From positions 14,707 to 78,706 of the forward strand of contig NW_021833226.1 in the NCBI RefSeq assembly GCF_006345805.1: 64,000 nt of DNA. Reading direction: 5' to 3'. Each line of letters starts with the position of its first letter. Position 1 is the stretch's first letter. This document shows positions 22,819 through 37,523 of the stretch, in pieces. The position numbers were made by a program, and so were the translations under genes. Below the pieces are notes generated by a model, which saw only the letters and a list, made by a program, of their open reading frames with translations, ran no database searches and had not been told where the DNA came from. The stretch comes from Octopus sinensis. Taxonomy: Eukaryota.

Positions 22819-24351
22819 ACCAGCAAAAACCAATGCATGGGTACATATACCCTGAGCTAAAAGTTAACAACCGCAGTGGCAGATGGAGTAACCTCTTCCG
22901 GGCCTGTGACAGATACACTACACTCCATCTAAACGGATATACCTTTGTTAATCAGGAACGGGAGTGTTTATGTCCCTGTAACTTGGCGGTTCGGCAAAAG
23001 AGATCGCTAGAGTAAGTATCAGGCTTTAAGTATTGGGGTCGATTCATTCGACTAAAATGTCTTCAAGATGAGGCATCATGGCCGCAGTTTAATGACTGAA
23101 ACAAGTAAAAGCTAAACGGTAAAGTATTACTAACTGAATTTGGTGGATGTAAATCAATTTGTTTTGTTCCTTAGGCTTGTTGTGCAAATCTATTGTTACC
23201 ATAGCCCAGTGTGTTTACGATAAGAGAAGATGATAATTAATAGCGAAGAATCAAAAGCTGTAATTGTTGCATTCGTTGAAATTTGGGATTGGATATTCAG
23301 ATTCACTGGTCAGCTAGTCTCGACAAGGTGCATGACTTTTGTTCACTGTACTTTGTGTTAAAACAACAAAAACACAACGACGACGACGACAACAACAACA
23401 ACAACAACAACAACTGATGTTGCTCTTTCGCTCGCTGTTTATAACGGAATGATGCTCCATATGTAGATTGTATTTTTAAGTGTGGAAGGAGTTACAGTCT
23501 GATTCTTGAATGGCATTCGTGCATGACCATCAGAACAATCACTGTTATGGCTAGCATTGTAAATTTCAAATTTTGTTCGAATGTACAGAATAATTTTCGG
23601 AATAATTGAAGCTACATCTATAGATTTAAAACAGTACGAGTTTCTGTCAAGCCTTATAGCAAGGTGAAAGCATAAGCTCTATACTAAAACTAATGAAGTT
23701 ATATATATATATATTATATATATATATTAGAAGAAATGAGGTAATCAGAAGATCGAATGGTTCATATTTATAGATATTTATTTATATATTACATTTTTTA
23801 CATATGTATATCATATCATTCAGATCATTAGCGCTTTCTCCCATTCTAGTGGGGTTTTCAAATCAAAATAATTCCTTTGTGGGGAATTTTAATAATTTTA
23901 TAGAGTGTGTGTGTGTGTGTGTGTATGTGCATGTTCTGTTATTCTTTTAATAGTTTCAGTAATGAGGCTGCGGTCACATGTATATATATATATATATATA
24001 TATAGTACACACACACATGCACGCACGCACACGCACACACGCATATACGCACACTCCCACACATACGTATATATATAATATTTTGCTCTTCCCAAACTTT
24101 CTAAAAGCGGTGCAGTGTCCGATCAATACATTACTGTTGGATCAAGACCGAGCACACAAATCAAATATTCGTTCTCTGTATCTTGCACGCACACATACGC
24201 ATACATATACGTTTTATCACATTAAACAAGCTAAAATTGTACACAAACACTCAAAAAGTGCACAGAGAAAAAGGGTGAGATACATACACACACATATATA
24301 TATATATATATTGTGTGTGTATGTGTGTGTATGTGTGTGTATGTGTGTGTA

Positions 24352-24396
<45 letters not shown>

Positions 24397-25429
24397 TTGT
24401 GTGTGTGTATTGTTCGAGAGACGTGTACAGAATACTTCCATGTCTTCACTAAGAGACTTACATAGATAAATACCTTATTTAGAACTTGCTAGAAATAACA
24501 GCTAATGCTCTATTGGATCATACTCTAGTACATTAGAAAACGGACTTATTGGTTGATATAAACCTTATTATACTGTGTAAGGGGAAATTGTACGCTCACT
24601 GCTAGAACATTTAATCAACCTAATATAATGTAGGGATTACATGGTCGCCCACGATACTAGATACAGCATCCTCTTAATTGTACTATCACTGAGATAGCAT
24701 TAATTTATTTTCAACGCATGTGTAGAGGGCAACCGAAGTCGTATCCACCCAAAAGACCCATTCATTATTTCACATGACATGATCTTCATTCGGAATCGGT
24801 CATTTGCTGAAAACAGCGGTAAATTTACAATATTAATAAAATTATCTATCTTACTGTTATTTCCATAATTATCAATTAGCCTTCTATATATATGGTCTAC
24901 TAATTCCATTCACTAATTTCGATTTATTTCGCTTAAATACTCAATTTCCTCTCTCTTCAGGCAACCAGTTTCGTTTCTATTACTGTTTTACATTTTCAAA
25001 AACAGAAATTGTCTAACAGTTTTCACTTCTCTCTTTCGATTGACCATTCTCTTTCTGTCAGATCAGCGTTAATTAATATGATTCTACTTTCCAGTTCCAT
25101 TAATATTTCATTCAATTTTCAAAACAGCCTTACAAAGTATAACAACTGCGTTTTCGGTACCTTTCTTTGATGTTTTTCCGTGTTAACTCAAACCATGGCA
25201 CTTCATTTTATAAAGGTGATGTCAAGAGCAGAAGTATATTCTTTTTCTTCAATAAAAATATTTTATTTACCAATGCTGAAAGCATTCATTATCTGGATCA
25301 CAATCCCCACAGAAAAATACAGCAACGAAGAGACATCAAAGATTGACCACTCTTCAACTAAAACATTTACGAAGCAAATTCTTAGACCTGTGTGTGCGCG
25401 CGAGTGTGTGTGTGAGTGATGAAGTAGGC

Positions 25430-25645
25430 CGTGTGTGACAGAAGATATGAGAAACGGTATTGTGTGCGAGTTGAGGATGCCGATCCCACAGCAGAAGCTG
25501 ATGGTAGAAAACAGACTCAACGAAAAATGCTCAAGACACCATTTTCTTTTTCATTGCAAGAAGGTGCTCAGACGATCTCTTCACGAAATTGTCGATGGCG
25601 ACAAATTGTAAGACAGTTGGGAAAACTACTACGTTACTACGATTG
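25430..25645 (+). mobile_element. Probable mariner transposase relic
   Basis: Frame reads DMRNGIVCELRMPIPQQKLMVENRLNEKCS...RRSLHEIVDGDK, with LRYYD in an adjacent frame. This resembles mariner MRKVCARWIPHLLT.EN...LHEIVTGDETWxYYY. Confidence 0.55.
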
Positions 25646-26468
25646 CATGACCTGCAAAAATGATATGCCTACAATAGTGGTGTGCTAGTACCAATATTTT
25701 GCTAGTACCAACATTTTGCTAGTATCAACATGTTGTTGTTGTTGTTGTTTTAACACAGATGTACCTCCAATTGAAATACTAGAGTGTGTAAAATGCCTTA
25801 AAGTGAATGTGTTTATGAGAGACAATAATATTTAACAGCAATGAGGAATTGGTCACCTGAGTAATAATAAGAAATGCGTGGAAAGTAGAATGAATAAGTC
25901 GCTGTTTTGGAGTTAATATATATTTGTTGTTAAAAGCTTGTATTGGACACGAAGGTTCAAGGAGGAATGACAGGGTAACGACAGAAAGTTCTTTTCATGA
26001 ATTCGGGTTGGACAGGTTGTGTGGTTATGTGTAGATGGGGGAAATACATAGGGAGAAGGAAGGAGAGGCTGAGCAAATGAATGCGAGTGTCCCCTGCTAT
26101 ACTGTAATTTTCAAGTTAATGGCAATTTCGGACGTTTGTGTTGCTTACTCTTCGTGTTGACAAGTCTGGTTATCGAACAACCGTTATTGTACTTAAAAAC
26201 AGAATATGAGAGAGTACCGAAGTTCGTCTCAGCAGCGAGAGCGTTTCTCGTTCGAGCATGTGGCTGGCTGCAAATATCCACCAGTGGAAAGGCCCCAAAA
26301 GGCCGAAATGCATCTGGCGCTCCCGCTGGCTGCTGCTGGGAAGAATTTTCGCCTCTCTCTCTCTCTTTGATATTTTTGTGGTCTTAACACAGCAAGTTTA
26401 AAAGACATATTATCTTCAGACAAATCGATAATTTGTTTACATTAAGTAATCTATATGGATGGCTATCA

Positions 26469-27311
26469 ATACATACATACATACATGCATACATGCATGC
26501 ATACATACATACATGCATGCATACATACATACATACGTACATACATACATACATGCATACATGCATGCATACATACATACATGCATGCATACATACATAC
26601 ATACATACAAACATACATACACACATACATATATACATACATACATACATACATACACACATACATACATACATACATACATACATACATACATACATAC
26701 ATACATACACACATACATACATACATACATACATACATACATACATACACACACACATACATACATACATACATACATACATACATACATACATGCATGC
26801 ATACATACATACATACATACACACACACATACATACATACATACATACATACATACATACATACATACATACATACATACACACACACATACATACATAC
26901 ATACATACATACATGCATGCATACATACATACATACAAACATACATACATACATACATACATACATACATACACACACACATACATACATACATACATTC
27001 ATACATACATACATACATACATTCATACATACATACATACACACACACATACATACATACATACATACACACATACATACATGCATGCATACATACATAC
27101 ATACATACATACGTACATACATACACACATACATACATCATACATACATACATACATACATACATACATACATACATACATACATACATGCATGAATACA
27201 TACATACATACATACATACATACATAATACACACATACATACATCATACATACAACATACATACATACATACATACATACACATACACACCATACATACA
27301 TACATCATACA

Positions 27312-27343
<32 letters not shown>

Positions 27344-28832
27344 CCATACATATACATACATACATACATACATACATACATGCATGCATACATACATACA
27401 TACATACATACACACAACATACATACATACTACATACATACATGCATGCATACATACATACATACAAACCATACATACATACATACATACATACATACAT
27501 ACATACATACACACACATACATACATACATCATACATACATACATACATGCATGCATACATACATGCATACATACATACACACACACATACATACATACA
27601 TACATACATACATGCATGCATACATACATACATACAAACATACATACATACATACATACATACATACATACATACACACACATACATACATACATCATAC
27701 ATACATACATACATGCATGCATACATACATACATACATACATACACACACACATACATACATACATACATACATACATGCATGCATACATACATACATAC
27801 AAACATACATACATACATACATACATACATACATACATACACACACATACATACATACATCATACATACATACATACATGCATACATACATGCATGCATA
27901 CATACATACATACATGCATGCATACATACTTACATACATACATACATACATACATACAAACATACATACATACACCATACAACATACTACATACATACAT
28001 ACATACATATACATACACATACAACATACATGCATGCATACATACATAACATACATACATTAAATACATACACACATACATACATCATACATAATACATA
28101 CATACATACATACATACATACATACATACATACTAAACACACACATACATACATACATCATACATACATACATACATACATAATACATATACACATACAT
28201 ACATACCTACATACATACATACATACATACATGCATGCATACATACATACATACATACATACAGCATGCATACATACATACATACATACATACATACATG
28301 CATGCATACATACATACATACATACATACACACATACATACATACAATACATACATACATACACACACATACATACATACACACATACATACATACACAC
28401 ATACATACATGCATGCATACATGCATACATACATACATGCGTACATACATACATGCATGCATACATACATGCATGCATACATACATACATACATACATAC
28501 ATACACACATACATACATGCATACATACATACATACATACATACATACACACATATATACATGCATGCATACATACATACATGCGTACATACATACATGC
28601 ATGCATACATACATACATACATATATACATACATACATACATACATACATACATACATGCATGCATGCATACATACATACATACATACATACACACATAC
28701 ATACATACACACATACATACATGCATACATACATACATACATACATACATACATACATGCATACATATATACGTACACACATACATATACTTACATACAT
28801 ACATATACATACATATATATATACACATATAA
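26469..28832. repeat. (CATA)n compound microsatellite, about 2.36 kb
   Basis: Directly visible, with CATG/CACA/CAAA variant units. Confidence 0.98.
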
Positions 28833-29977
28833 ATAACAACACTATACATCTCACACAACCTCAAAGATATTGAAGCACACACACATACTACACACATATC
28901 ACCAGTATCAATATCCCCATTACTCCATTGTGATAGGAGACCTATACGGGATCATTCATGTACTAGAAACAGCAGCCAAATTTCCTCAACTTACACCTTA
29001 TCCCTTAAAATAAGACCCATTGATCAGTTCAGTCCTAGGCATTATAAGATATTGGATGGTCGTGGCTGGAATACCTTTGCTTATAGTTGCATTCAAGCAG
29101 TAGCGACCTGAGGTTAAAGAATTACAGCAAAACCAGAATCACCATCAACAGAAATATAGAAAATGGAGTGGATGGTTGAGAGAATACAACATACCCGGGG
29201 TGTTAGGTTGTACCACATGTAATAAACTGTAGCATGTCAGTGTGCATCTGCTGTTAGAAGGGATGACGTTAGCTGCATTATTACAGTTCATTCGATAAAC
29301 TACTGCACTCATTGGATTGCACAATGTGGTGCTTCGCGAGGCGGAAACAACGGGTTTGTAGATCGCATCAAGTGGTTCGACTGACTATCGTTCGTTTTAT
29401 TACATCTGTTTAATCACAGGTGAGCTAGCACTAAAACAGCAATGTAAGAAAAAAAGAAAAACAGAATAAAAGAGAAGAGATTATCTGAGCAAGAGACACT
29501 TTGTTGTAGAGTAGTAAGTTAGATAGAAAACATTGAACGAAGAAGGGGAAACTTAGTAATTGTTGGATGAAAGAAAGGTAACAAATGTCAGTTAGAACAG
29601 ACAGGATGAGAAGAGCGAGAAGAGCTTCCAGTAAAATGTCAACTATTAGATAAAAGAGACTTAACACGAGAATTGTGAATCAGATTAAAGAGACTTATAC
29701 AGAAGAAGATCAGAGTCAACAAAGAGATGAAAACGAAATGATTTATAATTGTTCATATTGCATTATGAGAGAATGTATTGAAGTAAGAGATTACTCTGGG
29801 GCAACAAACGAAAGCCAAAGCGTTGACACGGAGCCAAAGAAAGTTCGATATACCGAGGTGGTGCCAAAATGATGTTTGGAAAACCGAAGCGAAGGAAGAT
29901 GTAACTCGAGTCAATTACATAAGAACAAACACCAAAGCAGTTGACACGGAGTCAGACTTAGAAAGCATTGAGGTATT

Positions 29978-30394
29978 GAGCTGGCAGAAACGTTAGCGCG
30001 CCGGACGAAATGCTTAGCGGTATTTCGTCTGCCATTACGTTCTGAGTTCAAATTCCGCCGAGGTCGACTTTGCATTTCATCCTTTCGGGGTCGATAAATT
30101 AAGTACCAGTTACGCATTGGGGTTGATGTAATCGACTTAATACCTATCTATGTCTGTCCTTGTTTGTCCCCTCTATGTTTAGCCCCTTGTGGGCAGTAAA
30201 GAAATGGGTATTTCGTCTGCCATTACGTTCTGAGTTCAAATTCCGCCGAGGTCGACTTTGCCTTTCATCCTTTCGGGGTCGATAAATTAAGTACCAGTTA
30301 CGCACTAGGGTCGATATGATCGACTTAATCCCTTTGTCTGTCCTTGTTCGTCCTCTCTGTGTTTAGCCCCTTGTGGGTAGTAAAGAAATAGGTA
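29978..30394 (+). mobile_element. Family A SINE dimer, 5'-truncated, with a 13-bp direct repeat at the ends
   Basis: Junction AAAGAAATGGGTATTTCGTC at 30198-30217; GGTATTGAGCTGG at 29972-29984 and 30391-30403. Confidence 0.92.
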
Positions 30395-30706
30395 TTGAGC
30401 TGGGACCAATGGGAAGGTTAGAGGCCTTGGGGTTAAAAATTTATATAGTAGATAGAGTTAGAAGCAGAGGAAATCCTTATCCGCTGTAAACTATCGTTTA
30501 ATTTTTGCTCGTAATGGTGGCAGAGTAGAAGTAGCGACTGTAAAACCGATAGTGTAAACTAAAGCTGCTTGTAGTGAAGTATATGTAACAACAGCATTTA
30601 TTTAGTCGGGAAATATTATAGAAGGGAACTACTTTTGGCGTAGGGATAACAATAACGTTAAACAATCAGGTCTATCTATCAAGGAATGAACGAATCTGCC
30701 GATCTG

Positions 30707-30751
<45 letters not shown>

Positions 30752-30780
30752 TTTCTTTCTTTCTTTCAGCTTTCTTTCTT

Positions 30781-30818
<38 letters not shown>

Positions 30819-31621
30819 AGTACTACCCGCCCCCTCTCCCATTCTCTGTCCCTTTCTCTCCCCTTGTCTGTTTGTGTCTGTCTGTTTCTCTCTCTCTCTC
30901 TCTTTCTACACACCCACACACACATATATATAGTATAAACATACATACACTCGCAACACACACATATGCATATATACACGCATACACACACACATATATA
31001 TATATAGACATACACGCTCAAACATACGCACCCACACATAGACACAGACATGTACAAACTCATTGTGAGAAAGAGAGAGAGGGAGAGAGAGAGAAAGAGA
31101 GAGAGACAGAGAGAGAGAGAGAAATAGGGTTTACTATGTGTAAAAACCTCAAAGCAAAAGAGAACTCAACGGATTTATATAAGAAAAAAAAATTACTGTG
31201 GGAATTAACAGGTTCAATGATTGACGGTAACTCGTGGTTTCATCTCGGATGGGAATCTGGAATCTTCAGACAAGTGAAAAGCTGAGAAATGGACATTGAG
31301 ATGTTGCATTCGTAGTTGGTAGGTTTGACCCGGAGGTGTTTGGATATGATGTAGGTGGGTTGCTTATGTTAGTTTGCTTTGATCTGTTAATGCAGGTTAT
31401 TTATCTATATGTGGTCTATTCGTAGGTTTTTCATTCCACAGATAAACCTCCCCCATTTCTTGGGAACTTTTTGTACTATTTCGACATTTTTTTGCATATA
31501 TTTCCAACGATTTCGATCCATTTTGATCGTTGTCCCTTTTTTTTTCTTTTTCTTTTTTCTCCCCCCTCGAAAAGAAAAACTCTACATTGTAACAGTCCCC
31601 TCTGTGTTTAGCAGAAATTAT

Positions 31622-31789
31622 CAGGAGCAGGAGTGGCTGTGTGGTAAGTAGCTTGCTAACCAACCACATGGTTCCGGGTTCAGTCCCACTGCGTGGCAAC
31701 TTGGGCATGTGTCTTCTGCTATAGCCCCGGGCCGACCAATGCCTTGTGAGTGGATATGGTAGACGGAAACTGAAAGAAGCCTGTCGTAC

Positions 31790-31832
<43 letters not shown>

Positions 31833-32070
31833 GTATGTGTGTGTATATGTTTGTGTGTCTGTGTTTGTCTCCCTAGCATTGCTTGACAACCGATGCTGGC
31901 GTGTTTACGTCCCCGTTACTTAGCGGTTAGGCCAAAGAGACCGATAGAATAAGTACTGGGCTTACAAAAGAATAAGTCCCGGGGTCGATTTGCTCGACTA
32001 AAGGCGGTGCTCCAGCATGGCCGCAGTCAATTGACTGAAACAAGTAAAAGAGTAAAGAGTAAAAAAGAGT
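31622..32070 (+). mobile_element. Family B tRNA-SINE, full length
   Basis: GGAGTGGCTGTGTGGTAAGTAGC (A box)...GGGTTCAGTCCC (B box), internal (TA)n, tail AAGTAAAAGAGTAAAGAG. Confidence 0.93.
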
Positions 32071-32392
32071 ATGTGTATGAGTTTGTATGTGTGTGTAAGG
32101 CGGTTGCGGTGGTTTGGTATGTGTAACTTAGTTTGCAAAATAGAGCTTTTGGTTTTTTTTGCTCATAAAAGAGTTAGATCTGGATGAATTTGATTTATCT
32201 GTACAATTTTTTGGCAGATAGCTAAGACTGGTAAACTTAGATATTAATAGGAAGAAGACAAATATCTATTTTAGGAGATCGAATTTAAAATGTGGCAGAA
32301 TAGAAAGTTTCAGCTCACATTGTATGACATAGTAATACCCTATGAATGTATGCAGGCATGCGTGCATCTATCTATCTATCTATCTATCTATC

Positions 32393-32455
<63 letters not shown>

Positions 32456-34772
32456 GTCTATCTGTCTGTTTATCTGTCTGTCTGTCTGTCTGTCTGTCAA
32501 TCTATAGGTGCTACTTTGGCTTGTGATCTACTTTAGGTTACTTTTAAAATTATTTTATACATACTTAGCATTGTAAACATATTTTTTTCAAAATTCTTAC
32601 TAATTTAATAATAAAAACACCATAAAATAATTAAAATAAGCGCGTTGATCACTTAGTAAATTAAACTTGCTCAGGTAGATCACACGGAAAGTAGCACTAA
32701 CACAAAGTATACTAAAAAGTAACCTAGAGTAATCTCCCTTTAAATTGTAGATCACACGCCAAACAAAGTGAATTTAGTTCTGGTTTCTCGTAAAAAAGCA
32801 ACTGCCTTCCGGTTTATCGTAAAAATGCAACTACTTTCGTCTGGTCGCTGATCACATTGTAAAACATCTTTATCCAGCATCTTACGGGTATTTAGAAATT
32901 GAAAAGTAAACTAAAAAGTAACCTGAAGTAATCTCCCTTGTAGATCCCACGCCAAAGCAGCACCGATCCTCTTCATATACGTGATAATGAGGGTAAGTGT
33001 AAGATATGTTTAAATTTATCGGAGCGAAGTCGTGTAGATTTTGTGTGCCCGCAATATAAATTTAACTCTTTCTAATTGTATGTGTGTGTGTGTGTGTGTG
33101 TGATTGAAAATATTGTGCGAAGGGAACAGAAGTTAGAATAATGGTTTGTAGCACATCGTCGTTTGTTTGTGACACTTATGTTCCAAACGTTGTTAGTTAA
33201 CCTGTTATCTGATATTTTGTTGGGATTTTTTTAATTCGTATATTGGTCAATATACGAATTCATTCCATGTAAAGGCCTTTGTCTGAAGTATATCTGTCGC
33301 AGACAGTAACTATTATTCTAACCCCTGTAATTTTTGTTTTTGCTTTCTGGTCATCAAAATCCCACCCTTATCCGAAATAAAAATGGAAACAGACCGTCGA
33401 CGTCATAGCTACCGACATTAGTGTCTCTTAACATTTATATATTCTTCTGCCTATAAAAACTAATTTGACAGAAATGATTGAAGAATATACACAACTTAAA
33501 AACAATGTACAATTGTAGTTTGAAGAGAATTTTTCCATATTTTCGAAACTATTTTTAGACAGCAGATCATTTGTAACAAGATTTGGAAAAATACCAAATA
33601 CTATTACAGAAAAAGTTATTGATGATATTGCTGGAGACAATATGGAAATATGTATTGGACTACTAATATGGTAACACGTACTGAATATTAATATCTTGAT
33701 GTATACAATTGCTATCAATGTGAAGCATCTCCAAGGAGATATTTGTTGTACGAGTGGCAATGAAATAATTCAATGCACAGGTAGGTAATATAACTAGAGG
33801 TAAATATCAGGAACCTGTACCACATAGTCGGGCATTTTTGATAATATTTTAAAATGTAAGGTGAACAATAAGTTCACCTTATACTAACTACATCTAATAA
33901 GAAAGTCATCGAAAATATATGCGAATTAATTGCTTCGAACTCACGAGGAGAAATTAATAGCTTTAAAGCAAGGATTCTGAGCTTAGACGGGGTAATTCCG
34001 TTGCTAAAAGGGACCTTTTATCAACGAACTATTACGAAGCACATGTTAGCTTCTAATTCACGCTCTATATATGGGAAGATGAAAAGTGCGCCATTACTGT
34101 AAAGAGAGTTTCTTCCCAGGACGGTTTTAAAATAATTTTGGTATAAAATCTGGAATGAAAAGGATTTCAGTCAGAATGTTTCATGGCCGAGTGCATCGAA
34201 GAAAGGTTTTTGTAGTAATAACAACAGTAAAACTACTGGGGCACTATCAACACTGAAACGTTTCTGAATGCCATGTGAAGTGCTGTATAATGGAAAGGCA
34301 TCAAGATAAGACATATTAATTGGAGACTGGTACAAAATGATGACCCGCAGAAAATATATATTTATATATGGCAGATCAGATTGATATAACAACTTGACTG
34401 TCACAGCTCGGATAGGTCTTGTAGCAAAGGAATATTCCAAGGAATTAATCTTTTCTGTGCTTTCATTTATTTTGGCGCTAAATCCCCCGTAGTATCTTTT
34501 ACACAATTCTAGTTGTTATACAGTAAGATGCACAACAGTATGTACAGGGTGTGTGGGTGGGGTGGGTTAAGTTTTGTTGTTACTTTTATTTGTTTTTGTT
34601 TTCATGGCATACAATCCATTTAAGCTTGTCGTTTACGTTTGTCATTACACAGCAACATAATGACAATCTGTAAGCTTCCATAGAACATTTATACCTGCAA
34701 CGTACAAATATATACCTTTAAAAAAGAGTGAGAAAATTACGTACGAAATAAAAAAAAGTAATACAAAAATAA

Positions 34773-34930
34773 TAGGAGTGGCTGTGTGGTAAGAAGCTTG
34801 CTAAACAACCACATGGTTCTGGGTTCAGTCCCACTGCGTGGCATCTTGGGCAAGTGTCTTCTGCTATAGCCCCGGGCCGACCAATGCCTTGTGAGTGGAT
34901 TTGATAGACGGAAACTGAAAGAAGCCTGTC

Positions 34931-35000
<70 letters not shown>

Positions 35001-35215
35001 TTGTGTGTCTGTGTTTGTCCCCCTAGCATTGCTTGACAACCGATGCTGGTGTGTTTACGTCCCCGTCACTTAGCGGTTCGGCAAAGCAGCCTGATAGAAT
35101 AAGTACTGGGCTTACAAAGAATAAGTCCCGGGGACGATTTGCTCGACTAAAAAGGCGGTGCTCCAGCATGGCCGCAGTCAAATGACTGAAACAAGTAAAA
35201 GAGAAAAGAGAAAGA
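34773..35215 (+). mobile_element. Family B tRNA-SINE, full length
   Basis: Same architecture as 31622-32070. Confidence 0.93.
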
Positions 35216-36139
35216 GTTCAAATTATTTTGAGACAGAAATCTTCATTAGATTCTTTATATTTCAATGTTCTTCTCTCTTTTCTCTCCTTCTTTCGTCTTT
35301 ACTCTATTTTTCTCCCACACATTCTCTTAAATTCTCTGGAGATAATAGCTGATCTTCGTTTCGTGGATTTGGCGGTATAATATTCTGTAGTCATCCTATC
35401 TTTGTTCGCAACACCGATATATGATGCCATGTTCATCCATACTTAGTTATTTGTGTACTTGGAATGTAATGTTATAGCAGCAAAGACAGAGTAACTATTG
35501 GTACAATGATTTTGTATTTGCCATGTAGGTTTTTTTCATTGTTCAGCTATCAAGTACGCAAAATTTATGCCGCCAGCGTTCATCTCTGTATTTCTGTCTC
35601 TACAGATTTTAAGCCAACAGTGTGTGCGTAGAGAGAGAGGAGGAGGAGAGAGAGAGAGAAAGGGAAGGAGATAGATAGATAGATAGATGGAAAGAGAGAG
35701 AGATGGGTGGTGGTGGTGGTGGAAGAGAGACGAAGTATTGCTTATAAGTCCACTACTAGTAACTGGATAAAAGTCCACTACTAGTGAACTGGATAAAAAG
35801 GAATACTGGTGGAACACTCTAATCAAATGTTCCAATCATCGTCAACTCGTCTGGTCGAATAAAATCGTTTGGGAGAGAAAGAAAAATTATAAACGATTTG
35901 AAATAGTAAAAGCAAAATTATTTACTATTTGAAATAATAAGGGAACCTTTACGTAGCCATACGACTTGCTAGAAATGACAACCAAATCTCCGTCAAATCT
36001 CATTCAATTGTCTTTGGAAAAGATACACAGGTTAATGTATTTCATATATAAGAACAAGCTGGTTTGGCCATGGATGGAAAGCCCTTCATAATAGGTCTGT
36101 TTCATCAAGTCTAAACAATAATAATACTTTTTTGCTCTT

Positions 36140-36353
36140 TTATAAGTTTCATATATTTAACTGCGGCGGTAATGGAGTACCGCTTTGTGGGTTTAGTCAA
36201 ACAAATCGATCCAGGTGCAATTTTTAAGTACAGTACTTTTTTTATTAGTTTCTTGTGCTAAAAGTTAAGTTACAAGAAAGCAACACCTTTTGTCAAACGG
36301 TAGGGAGACAAACATAAACACACACACACACGCACGCACGCACACACAACACA

Positions 36354-36396
<43 letters not shown>

Positions 36397-36530
36397 CAAA
36401 CATGCTTCCACACGGTTTCCGCCTACCAAATTCATTCATAAGGCACTGGTCGACTCAGTATTTACAGTAGAAGACACTTATCCCTCAGTGCAACCAAACC
36501 TAAAACAATGTGGTTGCGAACCGAACTTCA
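36140..36530 (-). mobile_element. Old, diverged family B SINE
   Basis: ATTTAACTGCGGCGGTAATGGAGTACCGC...TTGTCAAACGG...GGTTTCCGCCTACCAAATTCATTCATAAGGC. Confidence 0.65.
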
Positions 36531-37299
36531 GAAGTCAGCTGTTCAGCGAATATAAACGCTAGTTCTTTATCCGTCGCTATGTTGCCGGGAAAACCATTTC
36601 TCAAAGATACACATACCTTCATTAGTTGTTTAAAGGGAAAGTATATCTTAAAGACTGTGCTGCGTTGTCTCTATGTTGAATGACGCAGAAACGCGCGCAT
36701 GCGCACAGACACAGACACACGCACATACAAACACACACATACACACACACATACAACCAAAAATATATTTATATGTATTATACGAGAGGGTACTGAAAAG
36801 AATTAACCTTTAAATAAGAGTCTTGCTTCCACTAGCAAAAGCTATATGTATCTTTAAGAAAGCTCCATACCAATTTAACTTTATGCAGCATTGGCTGTTA
36901 GTTTATGCGCAGGCTGTATGGGAAGACAGAATAAAGGGGCTTTTGTTAGCTTATCTCTTCGAAAAAATGGCACCCTTTGTTGTTGAAAAAAATAAACCCG
37001 CAGAGGGGACGTTTCAATGCCTTCCTTCAATCTCATTACACCATTTATGTGGCTGTTTCTGACAAGAAATTTCGCTTTCATGTAAAACAACTATAATTTG
37101 TTGTCATTATCCGTAATCTCCTCCCAAAACACTTCAGTAGATCTACTTTGCATCGCTTGCAAGCTTAATTGTTCTATGACCATTAAAGTGCAACGACCTC
37201 CACAATAATCAACCTTCAATTTGATTTTCTGCTCCTAGGTTAGTCGGAAACATAGATTGCCGTGCTATTCATAAACCTTCTCGGTAGTCCAATTATTTG

Positions 37300-37523
37300 A
37301 AGGCGGCGAGCTGGCAGAATCGTTAGCACGTCAGGCGAAATGCTTAATGGTATTTCGTCTGAGTTCAAATTCCGCCGACGTCGACTTTGGCTTTCTTCCT
37401 TTCGGGGTCGATTAAATAAGTACCAGTTACGCACTGGGGTCGATATAATCGACTTAATCCGTTTGTCTGTCCTTGTTTGTTCCCTCTGTGTTTAACCCCT
37501 TGTGGGTAGTAAAGAAATAGGTA
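37300..37523 (+). mobile_element. Family A SINE monomer with TSD
   Basis: GGTAGT(C/T)CAATTATTTG flanks both sides (37283-37299, 37520-37536); small internal deletion. Confidence 0.92.

Larger units (their letters stand above)
21512..22950 (+). mobile_element. Degenerate R4/Dong-like non-LTR retrotransposon (RT C-terminal and thumb region), interrupted twice
   Basis: KRQLDLVTTFLRDMGMKCGRDKC, YMKVNRGKIV, ENYKYF, FNKTISHNAFAVPMLVLTFGVLDWT, INRDTDR..VKRKDGGTGIRS and QQKPMHGY. These correspond to the recalled R4-clade motifs GMxFGxDKC, YKYLG, NKxxAxNxxAVP, RLYxxRxxGGRG and KPLHG. Confidence 0.8.

Noticed and set aside
26433-28897. Many long HTYI/MYVC ORFs (up to 534 aa)
   Set aside because: Produced by (CATA)n, which lacks stop codons.
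32944-32992. 49-nt open exon candidate (TTGTAG|...GAGG|GTAAGT)
   Set aside because: The acceptor lies in a locally duplicated repeat motif, the peptide (IPRQSSTDPLHIRDNE) is unrecognised and no partner exons were found.
33428-34506. ORFs of 110-111 aa on the minus strand and a stop-interrupted plus-strand frame
   Set aside because: No recognisable motif or splice structure; lengths are compatible with chance.
36781-36802. Mariner-like terminus TACGAGAGGGTACTGAAAAG
   Set aside because: No matching inverted end or transposase sequence was found nearby, so no element could be delimited.
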